A stretch of 64,000 nt of DNA from positions 80,042,001-80,106,000 of the forward strand of contig OX597826.1 of NCBI GenBank assembly GCA_951406725.2, read 5' to 3'. The notes under the pieces were generated by a model, which did not search any database, was not told the origin of the DNA, and worked only from the letters and a program-made list of their open reading frames with translations. Positions 13,356-29,148 of this stretch are shown here, piece after piece (within the stretch, counting starts at the first letter, position 1; each line of letters starts with the position of its first letter). This DNA comes from Octopus vulgaris. Lineage: Eukaryota. Both the position numbers and the translations under genes were made by a program.

Positions 13356-14800
13356 CTTGTGTGCGTGTGTACGTGTACATATATGTATATTCAATTTTCT
13401 CCGAAAAATTAATTAAAACAAATTTCATTCCACAGTCTGTCAAGTTTCTTAGATCTTCCAGATTCTTTTAGTTTAAAATTATTTAATGGGTTTTATTTTG
13501 ATTTTTTCGAAATTTTCTTTCCATTTTTTCACGAATACATTTGAAGTCTACAATACTTTCGGTCTTGTTCAACTGTTTTGCTCTTTGCAACAATTTCATC
13601 ACCCCTTTCAACCTTTTTTTTTCTTTATAGAGGAATCATCACTATCCACAATGTCACTGTGATCATCACCATCATTTGTTTTAATTTTGTCTTTATTTTT
13701 ATCGTTAGTGTTATTGTCACTAACGATAAGATGATCATATTCGACCTTATCTTCCCGATCTTAATTTTCACTGTATAACATCTTCACCACTATCTTCGTC
13801 GTCGTCGTCATCAGTCATCATCATCATCATCATCATCAGCATCATCACCATTGTCGCTGTCGTCGTCTTCGCAAACCGCTATTAGCTTCGTCGACAAAAA
13901 CATTCGCTTCTCGATGTCATCTCATTTTAAAGTTCAGCGACTCCATATTTTAAAACTGTCAGAACGAAAACAAGCCGGGAAAAGAAAAAGAGAGAGGAGA
14001 ATCATCAATATTAATTAATAATTTATTTTCATTAAATAATGGCAGAATTTAACACTTTGAAAACTTCTCTCAAATTTCAAAAGAAAATAATGATTATTTT
14101 TCAACTTAATGTTAGTTTCTCTTCATCAAAAATGGCTGAATGGGCGAATGTGAAATGCTACGATATTTATACATTTCAGTGACATTAAAAAGACAATTAT
14201 AATATAAATTGAAATATTTATCTTGCTTTGTTGGAAATATTTACAATTTCTATATTACTATTTCTGCTTTGTTTTTATGTGTTTTTCTTTTTTTAGTTTA
14301 TTTTGCATTGTTTTACTTGTCTCCTTTCTATTGTATTTAACACACTCTGCATAATATGCGTGAAATATTTCCTGGGTGTTGTGGATGTGCAATTCCCACT
14401 GTTTACGTCATCTGTTTGTCTGCATTGTTTCGCTTATTCTAAACATAACATTTCCCTTACGGATGTTATTAATAAATCATTTTTTATATTATTATCATAT
14501 AAGACATCGCACAATATTCAATATCGCGATGCTATAGATTGACAAGATATGTCAACTACAAAAGTCAAACATAAAGGTCGTTCCTGTTGTCATTAGAGCA
14601 TTGGATTCAATACCATCCAGCTTCAAGCAACATCTGGGCGTTTTAAAAATACCCTAAAATCTTAATGAATTGCAAAAATCGGCTTCACTTACAACTGCGC
14701 GCAAACTACGCAAAGTGCAGTCTGTCTGAGGTTCTCGTTGTAACTTGACAGTCAACCCAAATACCCAGTACGCACAGTTATTATTATTATTATTATTATA

Positions 14801-14865
<65 letters not shown>

Positions 14866-15189
14866 CAGAGAGCGCATGGTTTAGTGGTTAAGGTGTTACA
14901 TTCTGGAACTAGCGACCGTGATTTCAATTCCTAGAGCGGATGGTGCGTCTTGAGCAAAACACTTCATCTCACGTTGGTGTGTGTGATCACTTCCACACCC
15001 GACGGGTGGCACACTGTGCACTAGTTCAGACAACGTCGATTTGATGGAAAGTGTGAGCCAATGTGCCGCACGAACATTTCATCGCTAATCGTCATCCGGC
15101 AAATACTGAACGCTCATACGTTGGCTTCGACGGGACAATCCATCATTATTATCATCGTCATCATTTTATCTGACATAGCTTGTTGTTGG

Positions 15190-15680
15190 TGGTGCCATTA
15201 ATGTACCAGCTGTTCCCTTCCCGTTTACTATAATGGTACATTCTTTCCACGTTTCGAGAACTCTGTAGTGGTTCTTTGCACTCTCACTTAATGCTGTCTT
15301 CTGAATTCTAAATATGCTCTGTTTTCCTTTCTATTCCTATCATTGACAACAATTTCTTTTCCTGGCTTCCCCCAATTTTTGGAACACTATACGCTTTTTG
15401 CATTGGTACAGCTTTTTGATTTCTCTCCTCAGAGCTTCATATTGCGTCAGTCTTTCTGCTTCTTTTTCAACGATTCTGCCATTTCTAGGGCATGCGGTTT
15501 CCCTTGTCTATTCGTGCAATATCAGATTTTCGATGATCGATTCAATGATCACGTTCGATCAAGAAATAGCGAAATACGTTTGCTCTGACATTTTCCAACA
15601 CATCCTTTTGCTCATATTCATACCAATTTCTCGCATCCGCCAATCGAAACTTGTTGCATAGTTCCCAGTAAACCATTCTT
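15190..15680 (-). mobile_element. Decayed Dong/R4-like 3' (REL domain) fragment
   Basis: Minus-strand remnants such as ACPRNGRIVEKEAERLTQYEALRREIKKL and IQKTAL. Confidence 0.55.
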
Positions 15681-15714
15681 AACTCCCGTAGGGCCCTTGA
15701 GGCCAACAAAAGAT

Positions 15715-15745
15715 ATCATCATCATCATCATCATCATCATCATCG

Positions 15746-15787
<42 letters not shown>

Positions 15788-15810
15788 CCATCGTCATCAT
15801 CATCATCATC

Positions 15811-15851
<41 letters not shown>

Positions 15852-15855
15852 TACC
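15715..15855. repeat. (ATC)n microsatellite
   Basis: Direct inspection; source of the poly-D/M/I ORFs. Confidence 0.95.
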
Positions 15856-16168
15856 ATTATCATAATTATTGTTGGTATTATTATCATTACTAACAGTAAT
15901 AATACTAATAAAATGGGGTGCGCCGCCAGAAGCGTTAGCAATCCGCGGAAAATGCTTAGCGGTATTTCGCCCGTCTTTACTTTCTGAGTACAAATTCTAC
16001 CGAGGTCGACTTTGCCTTTCATTCTTTCGGGGTCGATAATATAAGTACCAGTTCAGGAGGATAGTTGATATCACCCTCTTTCAAATTTCAGGAGCTTGTA
16101 CCTATAGTTGAGAGGAGTATTATTATTAGTAGTTTTGCTTGGCTTTAATAATGATAATGATGATGATG

Positions 16169-16238
<70 letters not shown>

Positions 16239-16787
16239 TGATGATGATGATGATAATAATATTGCTCAGATGCAGTGCCAGGCTGATGCAGTATCGGGCA
16301 GTGGCTTTCATGGCTTCTGATCTTAACTAATTGGAAGTGTTATCATGTACATGTCTTGGTATAAAAGATGGGCTACAGCAAATATTCTGCTCAATACCAC
16401 AGATTTGCTTGTCAGTTGTATGACCTTAACCAGTTCACCATGTGGCTGACGATATGTGCATCTCTGATCTCGAGCAGAAGTAGTTGGGGAGCATCGTAGT
16501 TGAGAGGAATTCTTTGGGGTTTGGATAATTCACTTATGGGAACATCGGTGTTTTATTCAATATCTTTAAACAACCCTTATTCAAGGACCATTTGAGTGGG
16601 GTGGGCTACACGATCTGAAGAAAATTCTAACTGGGCTATTTATCTTGATATGAAATCACCATGTCGCGCACATATGGTTGTGTTGTATGTGCCTGGTGTA
16701 CCCTTATCAGGCAGGTAGTCATTGTGGGTATACTGGACTTTGTATATTTTATCCGTGTCACTTTGATGGCATACACTGCTCTCACTC

Positions 16788-16888
<101 letters not shown>

Positions 16889-16939
16889 TAATAATAATAA
16901 TAATAATAGCAATAATAATAATAATAATTCTTCTGAACG

Positions 16940-18290
16940 ATTATAACATCAGACTCACGCTTTGTATTCTAAAGTTTCGTAATGACAATCCTTGTCTTTG
17001 AAGATTTCTATTTCTGTTTTTACAAAGTCGCCAGAACCATTTTCTGTGCGTTGGAATCCGACCCTGATGCAAACATTCCAATGAATTATTCTAGCAGTTT
17101 CATCAGTCATCTTTTGATGATCTAAGTGAAGGGGCTCCGATTAAAAGTAAGCTTATATTCTCGTGTGTAGCGATACTCATTCTATGTTTGAGTGAACACC
17201 CCTATAATTCTTTTTGTCTATTTTACCCTTAAAACCTATTTTCTGCTACTTAAATCATCGTCTCGGTATCTTTCTTCATTATTCTACTTTAATCAAAGCC
17301 AGTCGTTCGTGTCATCTTTATCTCTTTGAAAAGCATTAGATGAAGCTTCTTTACTCGAACCTTTCACTATTTTCAGCTTTGTTTTCTTTCTGTGTGAATC
17401 TCAACTAAATCTCTAAATAACTCTTCACTTATTAACCTCCATAACTAGTACTTCTTTTTCTACTAAATATATTCCTAGATTTCTTTTCTCTTGATCTGCT
17501 ACATCTTCAAATCTCACGAACATCAATCTTATTTTTCTTCTTTTCCATTCCAAACGATTCAAGCTTCTGTATCCTGTGAACCGATTCCTTGTCTTCTGTT
17601 CATACCTTTCCATTCTTTTTTTCCAACTCATTAGGAATATTGAACTCAGGTTGATTGAAGCTTTCGCTTTCGATTTTTAAGTATTCTTCGTTCTATGATA
17701 ATATTCTTTATTCAGTACATTCTTTAGTTCCATACCTTTGATTTTATCAATATCCGGTATTCTAAGATACCTATGTATTTTTCTACATCAAAGGTTTTGA
17801 TATTCTCGCTATCAGGTTCATCCATTTCCGTAACATTTTTATGATGTTTTTTTTTCCATGTTCCTTTCCATTGCTGTACAATTATCGATTCCAGATGCCA
17901 TCCAAATGTCACTGCGATATACACTTTACATTAATGGATCAACTTGATACTCGTCTCAAATCGCTCATAAACAGATGGTTCATTTTCCCCCATACTTTCC
18001 CGGTGAATATCTTAGTGTAGCTCGGTTCTGTACAATCGACGAAGGAACCAGTGCTATTACAAACAAGACAAGTCCAATCCCTTTCGATGATTCCTTTACT
18101 AATCTGAACCTCAGCGAATCATTATCCTCTAATACTTAATTCCACTTCACAAACAGCTCTTGACAACACAGCCTGTTATTAGTCCACGTGTATTTCTATA
18201 ATCACTCCATGCTTTAAAACTATTTATCATTTTCTTTATTTAATTCTTCAAAATTATTTGCCATTTATTGCTATTTGGTTCCCTATTTCT
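16940..18290 (-). mobile_element. Highly decayed Dong/R4-like LINE fragment
   Basis: Broken frames with EKYIGILE and MERYEQKTR...GYRS-like peptides similar to the 46.9 kb copy; next to (TAA)n. Confidence 0.55.
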
Positions 18291-18299
18291 TTTTTCGGT

Positions 18300-18545
18300 G
18301 CAGGCGCGTGGCTTAGTGGTTAGGGTGTCGGCATCATGATCGCAAGATTGTGGTCTCGATTCCTGGACCGGGTGACGCGTTGTGTTCTTGAGCAAAACAC
18401 TTTATTTCACGTTGCTCCAATCCATTCAGCTGGCAAGAATGAGTAACGTTGCGATGGATTGGGATCCCGTCCAGCTGGGGATCACATACGCCATAGAAAC
18501 CGGGAAACCAGGCCCATGAGCACGACTAGGCTTTAAAAGGGCGCA
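18300..18545 (+). mobile_element. Fourth tRNA-derived SINE family
   Basis: TGGCTTAGTGG A box, GTCTCGATTCC B box, TTCTTGAGCAAAACAC.TT..TTCACGTTG core; related copies at ~14868-15140 and ~31050-31320. Confidence 0.75.
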
Positions 18546-20938
18546 TTTACTATATTCTATTTCCTTTGTCGACATCCTTTTTGTTCATAAGGACTTCAGT
18601 GTTTCGCACATAAGCGTTAGTGGACCTCTTCTAAATTGAAGCCTTTTGTTAGTTTCCTTTCAGTTTCTGCTTCGATATTAGGAAGTCTGTCCTTGAATCC
18701 ACCAATTGGTGTTATTCCTTTTGCTGCCTCAATATGCTTTTACAGCGATTTGTAAACTCTTTCAGTCAGTAACCATGGACAAGATCTGCAGCAGCAGCAG
18801 AAGCAGAAACAGCAGCTTCCCACTTTGTTACTTTAAATTTTTTCTTTTTCCAATATTTGCTTTTGCCAAATCAAAATATTTTCTACACCTCAACATTTAC
18901 AGCGATATTTTCCCCTTAGATTTTATTTACATTCTGCTTAATTAGCATGCCTGGCATTCTCCCACGCCACAGAAAAATGCTTGCTTTCTTATAATTTCAC
19001 TTACATCCCTTAGGGATATATAACACTTTGTGATATATGTAATACGTATATGTATAACAAAACCAGATATATATATGTGTGTGTGTGTGTGTAACTTATA
19101 TAATATGTAAGTAGATAACTTTCTGGCTTGGGTGAAAACAACCTGATTTTGCTCAAATCAGTTTCTTTTTCTTCGTACTTTCTAATTTTGATGGCGTTCT
19201 TGACTTTACTCTACTTAAGTCGTCCGATCGACGTCTCAATTCCTTTTCCTTTCACGAGCAGGCTGATCCGTTGATCGGATCAACTGGAACCTTCGTCGTC
19301 GTAACCGACGGAGTACATCTGTTGATGTTATAAAAGTTTCTCATTAGCTATGAATTATTTGATGGTACTTTTCAACAGAGAGCATTGTACAGGCGCTGCT
19401 AATGGTGTCAAACATTGTAGACTACATAAGTGCATATGCTGTGATGCTGTGTTATATAATCTGTTTGTGGTTGTTATGTTTTGTAATAAGTCTTTCTCTT
19501 GTAGGCACAAACCTCGAATAAGTCTTTCTCCTGTAGGCACAAGCCCCTCAAACCCACCCCGACTGATCACCTGTTATTCATTGTATCGTCCCTAAAATGT
19601 TGAAAGGCAAAGTCGACCTCGGTGGAATGTAAACCCAGAACGTTAAGAGGGAAGTTCAGTTTCGGAATTACGTCATGTCATGATTATATACATTTTATTT
19701 GTTGTATACGTTGAGCCCAAAACTCAGTATTGGAAATATGAGATTGAACTGAATGTGACATGCGTAAAATACTGGCGCTTTCTCGCAGTTGTGTGTTTTG
19801 GACTATGCTCGGAGTGGTTTGCTTTATGTCAAACCTACTATCAAAGGCTGTACATTTTTGACAATCTTATTTGTTCAAATAATATTTCTCGAGAACTTAC
19901 ATTATACATTTTATTACTTTTCAAAAAGAGACCGTGGTGTGTCATTTGAGGAAGATGCGACTGTTATTTACCAAGATGTGCAAATTCAAAAGGGTCCTTC
20001 CTGCGAACGACTGTTTAAAGTTGTAACTCGTGGTACGGTTTCAATGTCTTTTTTTTTTGTTATTTTATTTAAGCTCCCATCAAACACCTTGTTTGCTACA
20101 TTACTATGCATGTTTATGCTACTTCTTGGTTTTTATATCAGACTACCATATATGGATGATCTGGTATAAAAACTGCCCTTTGTCTCAAGTTTGTGTATAT
20201 ATTCTATATTCACATATGGGCTGATCTGCCAACAAAGATATGCTCGATAATTTATTTATGACGGGCGCAATATTCTACAGATGGTGTTAGGCTCTACTTA
20301 CATAATTTGTTTCGTTTTTCTATTACTATAGATAGTTAAAAAACAGCACCGCTAAAATCATTTAACTTTCGTTTCGCCTCTTAATCAAAAACTATTCTTG
20401 ATTAAGAGATGTGACGATGACTTCTCTCGGTTGGGATTTGCAAGATATTGAGAACGGACTAGATTTTCTCTGCATATATTCTTTACTATAAGTATGTATG
20501 TCAATTTGATAGTGGCATTTATAATCTTTGAAATACTTTACCATCTTTTCTCAGCCACTATATTTATTTCCTACCTTACGTTTTAAAGACGTACGTGGGA
20601 TGACACAGAATTACTATGTACAAAAACGACAACGAAAGCGAAAACTACCACAAACAACCACAACGACAACCACAATAAAGTCGATATTAAAAATGTACGT
20701 GATATGTGAAAATATTTCTAAGATTCCACTTACCATTTCTGTCTTGCTGCATCCATCATTGCATCCATATCGTTTCAACGTAAGGCGAACGTTTCGAGAA
20801 TTTAATAATCTTGAACATTTTCTTTTATTCATAATGATTTAATTCTTCAATCACCGACAAATATAATTAAATACATTTTCTCACCACCGAATTATTATTT
20901 ACATTAAGTCTTGCATGCTCTTTTATCCGTTTGGCGGC

Positions 20939-21018
<80 letters not shown>

Positions 21019-21023
21019 GTATG

Positions 21024-21057
<34 letters not shown>

Positions 21058-21132
21058 TGTATATATATGTATATATATATATATACACACACATATATAT
21101 ACACACATATACATATATATATATGTATATAC

Positions 21133-21194
<62 letters not shown>

Positions 21195-21212
21195 ATATAC
21201 ATATATACATGC

Positions 21213-21243
<31 letters not shown>

Positions 21244-21426
21244 CATGGACATGTTATTTCAACATAAGGAACTTTGAGTATTTTTCTACATCTTCCGTTA
21301 TATACTACTAGATATTCGATGTACACACTCAAAGATGCGGTGCACACTGCTTAAAAATTATTTTGCATCTCTCTTGAAACTTTATTTCATATTATAAATT
21401 TCCGAGTTAATTATCCCGTCTAGGCT

Positions 21427-21478
<52 letters not shown>

Positions 21479-21650
21479 ATAAATATTAGGGAATGAATCC
21501 AAAATTACAGGGAAAAATCAGATTTAGGGTTAAATCCAATTTTATAGTAAAATATTATATAATATAATTCGAGACAAAACCACTATTTTAAAACCAAACA
21601 AGGAAAGACTTAATCAATACATAAAATTTTAATATAAATTAAATAAACCG

Positions 21651-21694
21651 CCACTACAAATGTTTCATGTCTGCTACCGACAATCTTCAGGTGG
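21651..21694 (-). ncRNA. Minimal type I hammerhead ribozyme
   Basis: Minus strand CCAC-CTGAAGA-T TGTC ggtagca GACA T-GAAAC-ATTT-GTA-GTGG. Confidence 0.78.
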
Positions 21695-21769
21695 ATTTTC
21701 GATCTAAAAATATCTTCTAATCAGTATCAACTTTTGATACTGATTAGAAGATATTTTTAGATCGAAAAT

Positions 21770-21813
21770 CCACCTGAAGATTGTCGGTAGCAGACATGAA
21801 ACATTTGTAGTGG
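21770..21813 (+). ncRNA. Minimal type I hammerhead ribozyme (inverted-arm copy)
   Basis: Plus-strand copy of the same motif, core intact. Confidence 0.78.
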
Positions 21814-21897
21814 CGGTTTATTTAATTTATATTAAAATTTTATGTATTGATTAAGTCTTTCCTTGTTTGGTTTTAAAATAGTGGTTTTGTCTCGAAT

Positions 21898-21958
<61 letters not shown>

Positions 21959-22887
21959 CGTATAAACATGTATGTATGCTTAAATATGTGTGTGTGTGTG
22001 CGGTGTGTATGTAAGTGTGATGTACTGAACAGCGTACACAACAAATGTTTAGTGGAAAACGGAAACGAATATTTAGGGATAATTTTTTGAACGCGGTTCA
22101 AGATGGTGACATAATTTCAAGAAATATTGAACAAATTTCTCGGCTAATTTCCATGCTAAGAAAAAAATTAGACTGATAGTTTGATGATTGTTGGCACTAC
22201 GGAGAAACCATTGAAAATATATTCTAAGCTCTTTGGCCTTGTACAGTTTCGGCTAGTTTTTAATTCATAAAATTACTGTCTTATAAATTGAAAAATTATT
22301 AGGTATATTTTTTCATCAATGTTGATTTCTATAATTCAAAATTATCAGGAATAATAGAAACACTTCACCGAGCCTGATACTCCTGGTGTTCCGCGTTAGC
22401 GTTGAGCTGTCAGTTTGGTACAACTATCCGCTATCTTCAAATCTTATTTAAGCAGTCGCTCTTTTACGCATCGGTTATCTCTCGTGAAACCATAAATATA
22501 ACAGTAATTCTTTATTAGCTGCCACTTCAGAAATATTCTTCTTACTCGAATATTCCTGACATTTTAATAAAAAAAAACACATTATTTTGTATTTCTTGAT
22601 CTTCAACCGTCAAAACACCATCTTTTGTGTTTTGTTGTAGATAATGTTTTATGGAACAAAGTCTATATCGGTGGATTGCAGATTGAGCAACACTAGAGAT
22701 AATCACAATTTTTTTGTGATATAAATTACATTTCCATTGAGAAGACTTATTTTTATATTAGAATTTCTCGACGTTCTGTTCTGTTCCAAGCATAAGTATG
22801 AAACTGAATTTGGTGAGAACCAGGTTTTCCGTGTTTCACGAGATTTGAACGAGAAATGACATGAAACCCTTTCTCAGGTTATTTGTT

Positions 22888-22948
<61 letters not shown>

Positions 22949-23668
22949 TGTTGTTGTTGTTGTTATTGAGGCACAGGTCGTTGTGAATGGTGAAGATAAA
23001 TTCTCCATTTTTATGATAACTTGGTCAGATAGTTACTCACACATTATTATTTTTAAATATTTTGACTTATATATAGTTAATTTTAGTATCAGCAATGTAG
23101 TCCCTTGTATTTTGGGTTCTTTTTTCCCCTTTATGACCCATTATTTTATCAATAGAGACAAAGTGATTATGATACATAAAAAGTATGGATAACACTAAAT
23201 TTTGTTCTATTTTTGCATCATCTCAAATACAAAACGAAAGGAAACGTTTAGGGGTTTTTTGGTTTCTATATTGTCTAAATTAGCAACACGAGATTAAGCA
23301 TTTAAAGCTGTGAATCAAAAAGCAGACACTGGAATTTCTTATGTTTTAACCACAGTTGTACCATTTTAATGCCTTCTCAATAGCGTTATGTAGAATATGT
23401 TAGTGGGTGTCCTCATTAAGGACAAACAAATAAATTATTTATATAAATGCAAATGAATAAGAAATTTTAGGACCATAATTAAATGCAAATATAATCATTT
23501 TGTCGGCGCCCAAACAGTTCTTCCATGTATTGACTTTATAATTTCAATCATACTTCTTAGATTGGCCGAAAGCCACGCATTTGTAGGCAATTTAAACAAT
23601 ACTCGAAATTTTCCATTCTTTTTTTTTTTGTGAATTGATTTTGTGAACAAATACAGACTGTAAATAAA

Positions 23669-23885
23669 TACTCTTTTCTACTCTAGGCACAAGGACCGAA
23701 ATTTTGGAGGAGGGGGCAATTGATGAAATCGACCCCAGTACGCAACTAGTACTTAATTTACCCACCCTGAAAGGATGAAAGGCAAAGTCGACCTCGGCGG
23801 AAATTAAACTCTGAACGTAATGACAGACGAAATACCGCTAAGCATTTCGCCCGGCGTGCTAACGTTTCTGCCAGCTTGCCGCCTT
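23669..23885 (-). mobile_element. Same SINE family, monomer
   Basis: Head GGCGGCAAGCTGGCAGAAACGTTAGC, B-box-like segment and core. Other diverged monomers at ~15918, 26680, 29690, 32385, 35710 and 42310. Confidence 0.85.
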
Positions 23886-24578
23886 ACTTTAAGTAAATAT
23901 TGCAAGGGAGACAGCTGATAATGAACGCAAGAATAACGATGAAGAACGCAAGAATAACGATAGAAATATGCTACAGAAGCACAAGACCTTATAAATCTCA
24001 GAGCAGGGGATGATTGCATTTGAGAGCAATAGACTAGTACGTTTCATATTTATATAAAGAATCTAGAAAAGCGGTTCACAAATTAATCACCCCAGCTTAC
24101 GCAAATTTCATTGACAACAATACTTTTTAGACATGGAACAGCTTTGTAGAGATGTTACATTATCAACTACTCAGAAATATAAATAAACTTTAGGATGTAT
24201 AATGGAGATGGAATAGTGTAATGTTATCAACAAACCTAATACTGATGTCCACTATATATTTTAAAAGTTAATTTCATAGGTTTCCAGTCTGTCAAGAATT
24301 AATAATGTGCTCACTTTATAATGTTTCCCTGGTGTTACAATAATAGTGTTTGTGAAACGCATGTAAATTTATAAACCATTTCAGTAGAAGTTTTTAAAAA
24401 TCTATTCACAAAACACGATCTTTCTACCTCTGAACCCAGTGAAAGGAAACTTGAAAGGAAACGCGAATTATTCTGCTTGCATTTTTCATCTCTTTCAATG
24501 TGTATGATTGTACAGGGAGTCGTAAATTCGGTTCATATGCCATGCATGTAAATCTTAAATCGCAGTATACAGCTAACC

Positions 24579-24647
<69 letters not shown>

Positions 24648-24796
24648 CATACATCTATACACGCACATTCACACACACGTATATATATAAATATTGTGGG
24701 TGTGGGTATGTGGGCCTATGTACCTGTGTATATTCTACAATGTCGTCATTTTAAAGCAATTTTAAGAATGATGACAATAAGTACTGCTGAGGAATC

Positions 24797-24848
<52 letters not shown>

Positions 24849-25068
24849 TAATTGCTGCTATTGTAGAGTCAGTAATTGTTGCTTCTGCGTAGGATAAGCG
24901 GGTTTTAGTGAAAGTGTGAAGATTCCTAAAACACCAACCACAAAATGACGTTTTCATATTCATTCGTTTTAAGGCATACGTACTTACATGGGGTTTCATT
25001 AAGGATAAAGTACAAAAGGGTTTAAAACTCTAACGCGATGCAACAGACAGTGAGGGTGGGGAGGGAAG

Positions 25069-25109
<41 letters not shown>

Positions 25110-25417
25110 TCGCAGGAAAAGACGTAAGCATAAGTATTAATAGTGGAGAGAAATATGACAGTTTGAATGACAATTGTAATTAATTACTGTATTTATATGT
25201 GTTTTCTGTGTTGTATACTTATTGTTTGTTGTTTGCCCTTCTTGTTTGCGCTGTTTCTGCAAGATTACCGTTTATTATAATCGTGTTGCACTTCGTTATA
25301 GAGTCTAGTATACTATTTATTGTTTAATCTTTTCATTCTAAAAAATTGTAACGTTGGAATTTTAAAATATTTATATATTTATTCTGGTAAGTACACGAAT
25401 ATACAGCTATATTGTCC

Positions 25418-25478
<61 letters not shown>

Positions 25479-25660
25479 CATACATATATAAATATATATG
25501 TATATAAATATATGTATATAAGATATATATCTAGATATATATTTATAAATATATATATATATACATAAATATACATATGTATCAATATATATTTTTATAT
25601 ATATGAAACATATATTATGTGTTTATAAATATATATTATGTACGTTTTTAAATTCAGGTG

Positions 25661-25724
<64 letters not shown>

Positions 25725-26050
25725 TATGTATATGTATATACGTGAAAAACATACTCAGACTGAATTAATGGTGTATTTATTCTATCACCTTGAACGAAAA
25801 CAATTTATAACAATTAAATAATAATAATAATTATAATTATAGTAGTAGAAGTAGTAGTAGTAGTGATAGTGGTAGTAGTAATAATGATAATAATAATAAT
25901 AACAATAGTAATCATTATTAGTATTTTTGTTGTTGTTGTTATTATTGTCCATTATTACAATAACAATAATAATGTAGGTGGTAATAGTTATAATATCAAG
26001 AGTAACAATAAAAGTAAGAAGAATGTCATTGGCGTGAATGCGATCGTCTT

Positions 26051-26233
26051 CTAACGCAAATAGATGGACCAGTAAGGAATGAGGAAAATTGCGAAGAGTG
26101 TCGGGAAGACAACACGTGATATGACGTCGACTCGTTTCGCTCTCTGTTTGGCTATAGGGTTTGGTACAGTGACATCTAAGGTGACGTTGTCGTTGTCCAA
26201 TGTGTAAGGATTGTCCGACGCACCTTCTTGCAC
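26051..26233 (-). CDS. Same channel, terminal exon (end of M3-M4 loop, TM4, stop)
   Basis: tttcag|GTG CAA ... TAG; 183 bp, phase 0, matching the preceding donor. AKRVDVISRVVFPTLFAIFLIPYWSIYL is a typical GlyR/GluCl TM4 (AK.ID..SR..FP..F..F...YW..Y). Confidence 0.95.
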   Translation of the reverse strand: MQEGASDNPYTLDNDNVTLDVTVPNPIAKQRAKRVDVISRVVFPTLFAIFLIPYWSIYLR

Positions 26234-29086
26234 CTGAAAATAAAAGCACGTCCACTTCAATAAAACTTCAGTAAAATCACAACGAGAAACATATTACATT
26301 TAATGTGTTGTATTTGTGATCCCTTCAGTGAATTGCTTAACTGAATTGATTTATAATTCATCGAAGAGCGAGCATTTGCAGAGCTGCTCTGTCAGCGAGA
26401 CACATTTAATATAGATATAAATGATATGATATGATATGAATCACGTTATACCGTCGTAAAAATATATCATTGTTAATCTAGTTATAGATAAACTGTGTCC
26501 GAAGGTAAAGATTATATCCCCCTTTTTGGAATGCCTGTCTCTGCTGTTCCAGAGCTAAACACAATCAAGATAACAAAATGCAACGTCAACGGCAACAAAT
26601 AGATATTTCTGTATTATTGTTTCTTTTGTTGCCAAAACTTTTAAAATGGCGGAGCGTATGAATTGATAATTGAAATAATCCCTTCAACTATAGGTATAAG
26701 TCCTGAAATTTTGAGAAAGGGAACAAATCAGTGACATCGACCCTCAGGCCTCAAATGTTACTTATTATTTTTTTATCGACCCAGAAATGAAGAAAGGTGA
26801 AGTCGACCTCTGTGAAATATGAACTCGAAACGTAGACAGACAAAATGCTACTAAGCATTTACTCCGGCGTGCTAACTATTCAGCCATGTCGCCGTCTTTA
26901 CCGTAAATGCTACAATAACGATATCTTTTATTTGCCATGACAGCCCCAAAGAAGGGTACGTTACAGGGTCGGGTTACATAAATGAAGACGTTTAGTGAAG
27001 GAGTTTAGTAATAGTCGAAGGGAACGTATGTTCCCGATAGAAAATGTAACAATATCTATAGAGCAGAATTGAGGTCAAGAACCAATCAAGGACCGAGACA
27101 GATAACCGTTTATCTTAAATACGTCAGGCAAAAGCTCTCTCCCAACTGTCACTCTCCAGCAAAGAGAGGGAAGAATTTCTTGGTTTTATAATGGGTTGTA
27201 GACTTTGTGACCTCATCTAGCAACCTTATTAAATACGTGTTTATTAATCACCAAACTAATTAAAATGGGAAGCATGATAAGATCCGAGACAACCGGCTCA
27301 GAAATTAGTGGTTCTTAATCAGATTCTTGTATTGTTTATAATCGTCTATAAAAGCCCAGAAAGCTTTGACTTCTGGACGAAAGGCTAACCAGGAAGATTC
27401 TGAACTAGCGATCCTCCCTTAAATCACTTCGTAACTCTTAAACAACCAAGAAGTACCCAACGGTAATATGGCCCAGGGGGAAAAGACGGGACGGGGACAG
27501 AACGCGTTTGATCACTGGTCTGCTGAATCAGAATTGACCTGGCGCTGCTGACCAACACGTAAACAACAACAATGACATTTAAGAATGAAACATGTCTGTA
27601 GTGAACAACACTAGAGAACCTGTTCAAAATCAGTCAGCATTCAAGAAATAGAAGCCAAATGGCCTTCCAGCTCGGCTACAGCCTTAAGGAAAGGATGCAT
27701 AAAATAATACGGTGCTGCGTCATAATTGAGACAGTGGATCACGCTTGAGATGCAAAGCGTTACGTAACTTCCCATTCAATGCTAACCTGAGTCAAAAGAA
27801 CAACAACAGCTAAACGACAAGAATAACAATTCTCTATAATTGATGTTTGTTTTGTTAGTTGGCCTGTATAAGGTGGAATCCGTCTGCAAAATGAGACGAT
27901 CATTTGAAGCACTGCTGGAACGAATGTAATTTCGAGTTTTATCAACGCAGCTCTAGCGTGGATTAGAATAGGAATGGCTGGAATATAAACAGTTACAAAA
28001 TGAATCTATTCTGAACGATTTCCGGATAACAATCTTACGCTTTTCAGGCTAAAACGACTTATTCTTGAAATAAAATGAAGATTGTAATTAAATGTTTGGT
28101 TCAGAAGATAGCGAAGACATTAGAGGAAAACAGTTGAAAGGAAACAGTTTTGAGATGTCGATCCATATATTGAACTTGAACAAAGAATCGGTCGTGACTC
28201 AACTCACACAAGTGTGATAGACACAAGTCGTTGTCGCTCGATATTTTCTTATCAAATATAGCGTTCACTGCTTGATTAGTTGTATTGCTTTGAGAGGACT
28301 TTCTTTCCAAGTAATATCCATTCTATGGATCTGAAAACTGGCTAGAAATAGCAGGGAGATCTCCGTAAGATCACACCCTACAAAGATGATCATGTAGTTG
28401 TAGATGTACTATATGAAAAATAGCCGAGGGGATCATGGTTTGAATACCTTTGGTCAGAGTTAAGCGGAAGGTATAAAGAGAGCAGCAGAACCATTAACTA
28501 CGAAGTCAACGACAGCAAAAAACTCTTTGAAAATAACTCAGTCTTCAGTGATTGAAGCGTATTGTTCCATGCTGTCAGATGGAGTTGCGAAACTTGAGCG
28601 ACTTGTCCAATGTTAGAAAACAACGATCGTTTCAAAAGCTACGGTTACTCGGTCAGCTGTGACATATGAAAGCAAGGAAGGAGTATCTACACAGATGCTT
28701 GTCTTATATTGTAGCCAATCCTCATCAAATTAAATCCCACACTTTTAAAACGAGGCACACCAGGCAATGTCACAGCTAGAGAGCTTGTCAACTTATCTTG
28801 ATCGATGCGGATCGTCCTCAATATGAGCATATCTCTAAGCCCGTTTTTTTTTTGTACTCGTGTAGAATGATGAAATGACAATAGTTTGTAGAGCGAGTGT
28901 GTTTTACTTACATTTGTTATTCCTATATCTGTATCTTTGGGACTCTGAAAAGATATCAAAGCTATAGTCAGTAGAATGACAACAACAATACGAGGCAATA
29001 ACGTGTGAAACCAAATGTACAACAGACAGCAATAACAGAATAATACCATCAATATCATAAGTTATATTGAAGGTTTCTTAAACTGC

Positions 29087-29148
<62 letters not shown>

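Larger units (their letters stand above)
21474..21908. mobile_element. Foldback hammerhead element in (TA)n (same family as 9698-10114)
   Basis: Apparently perfect 175 bp inverted arms 21556-21730 and 21734-21908 with 3-nt loop; left tail AATAATAAATATTAGGGAAT... shared with the 9.7 kb copy. Confidence 0.88.
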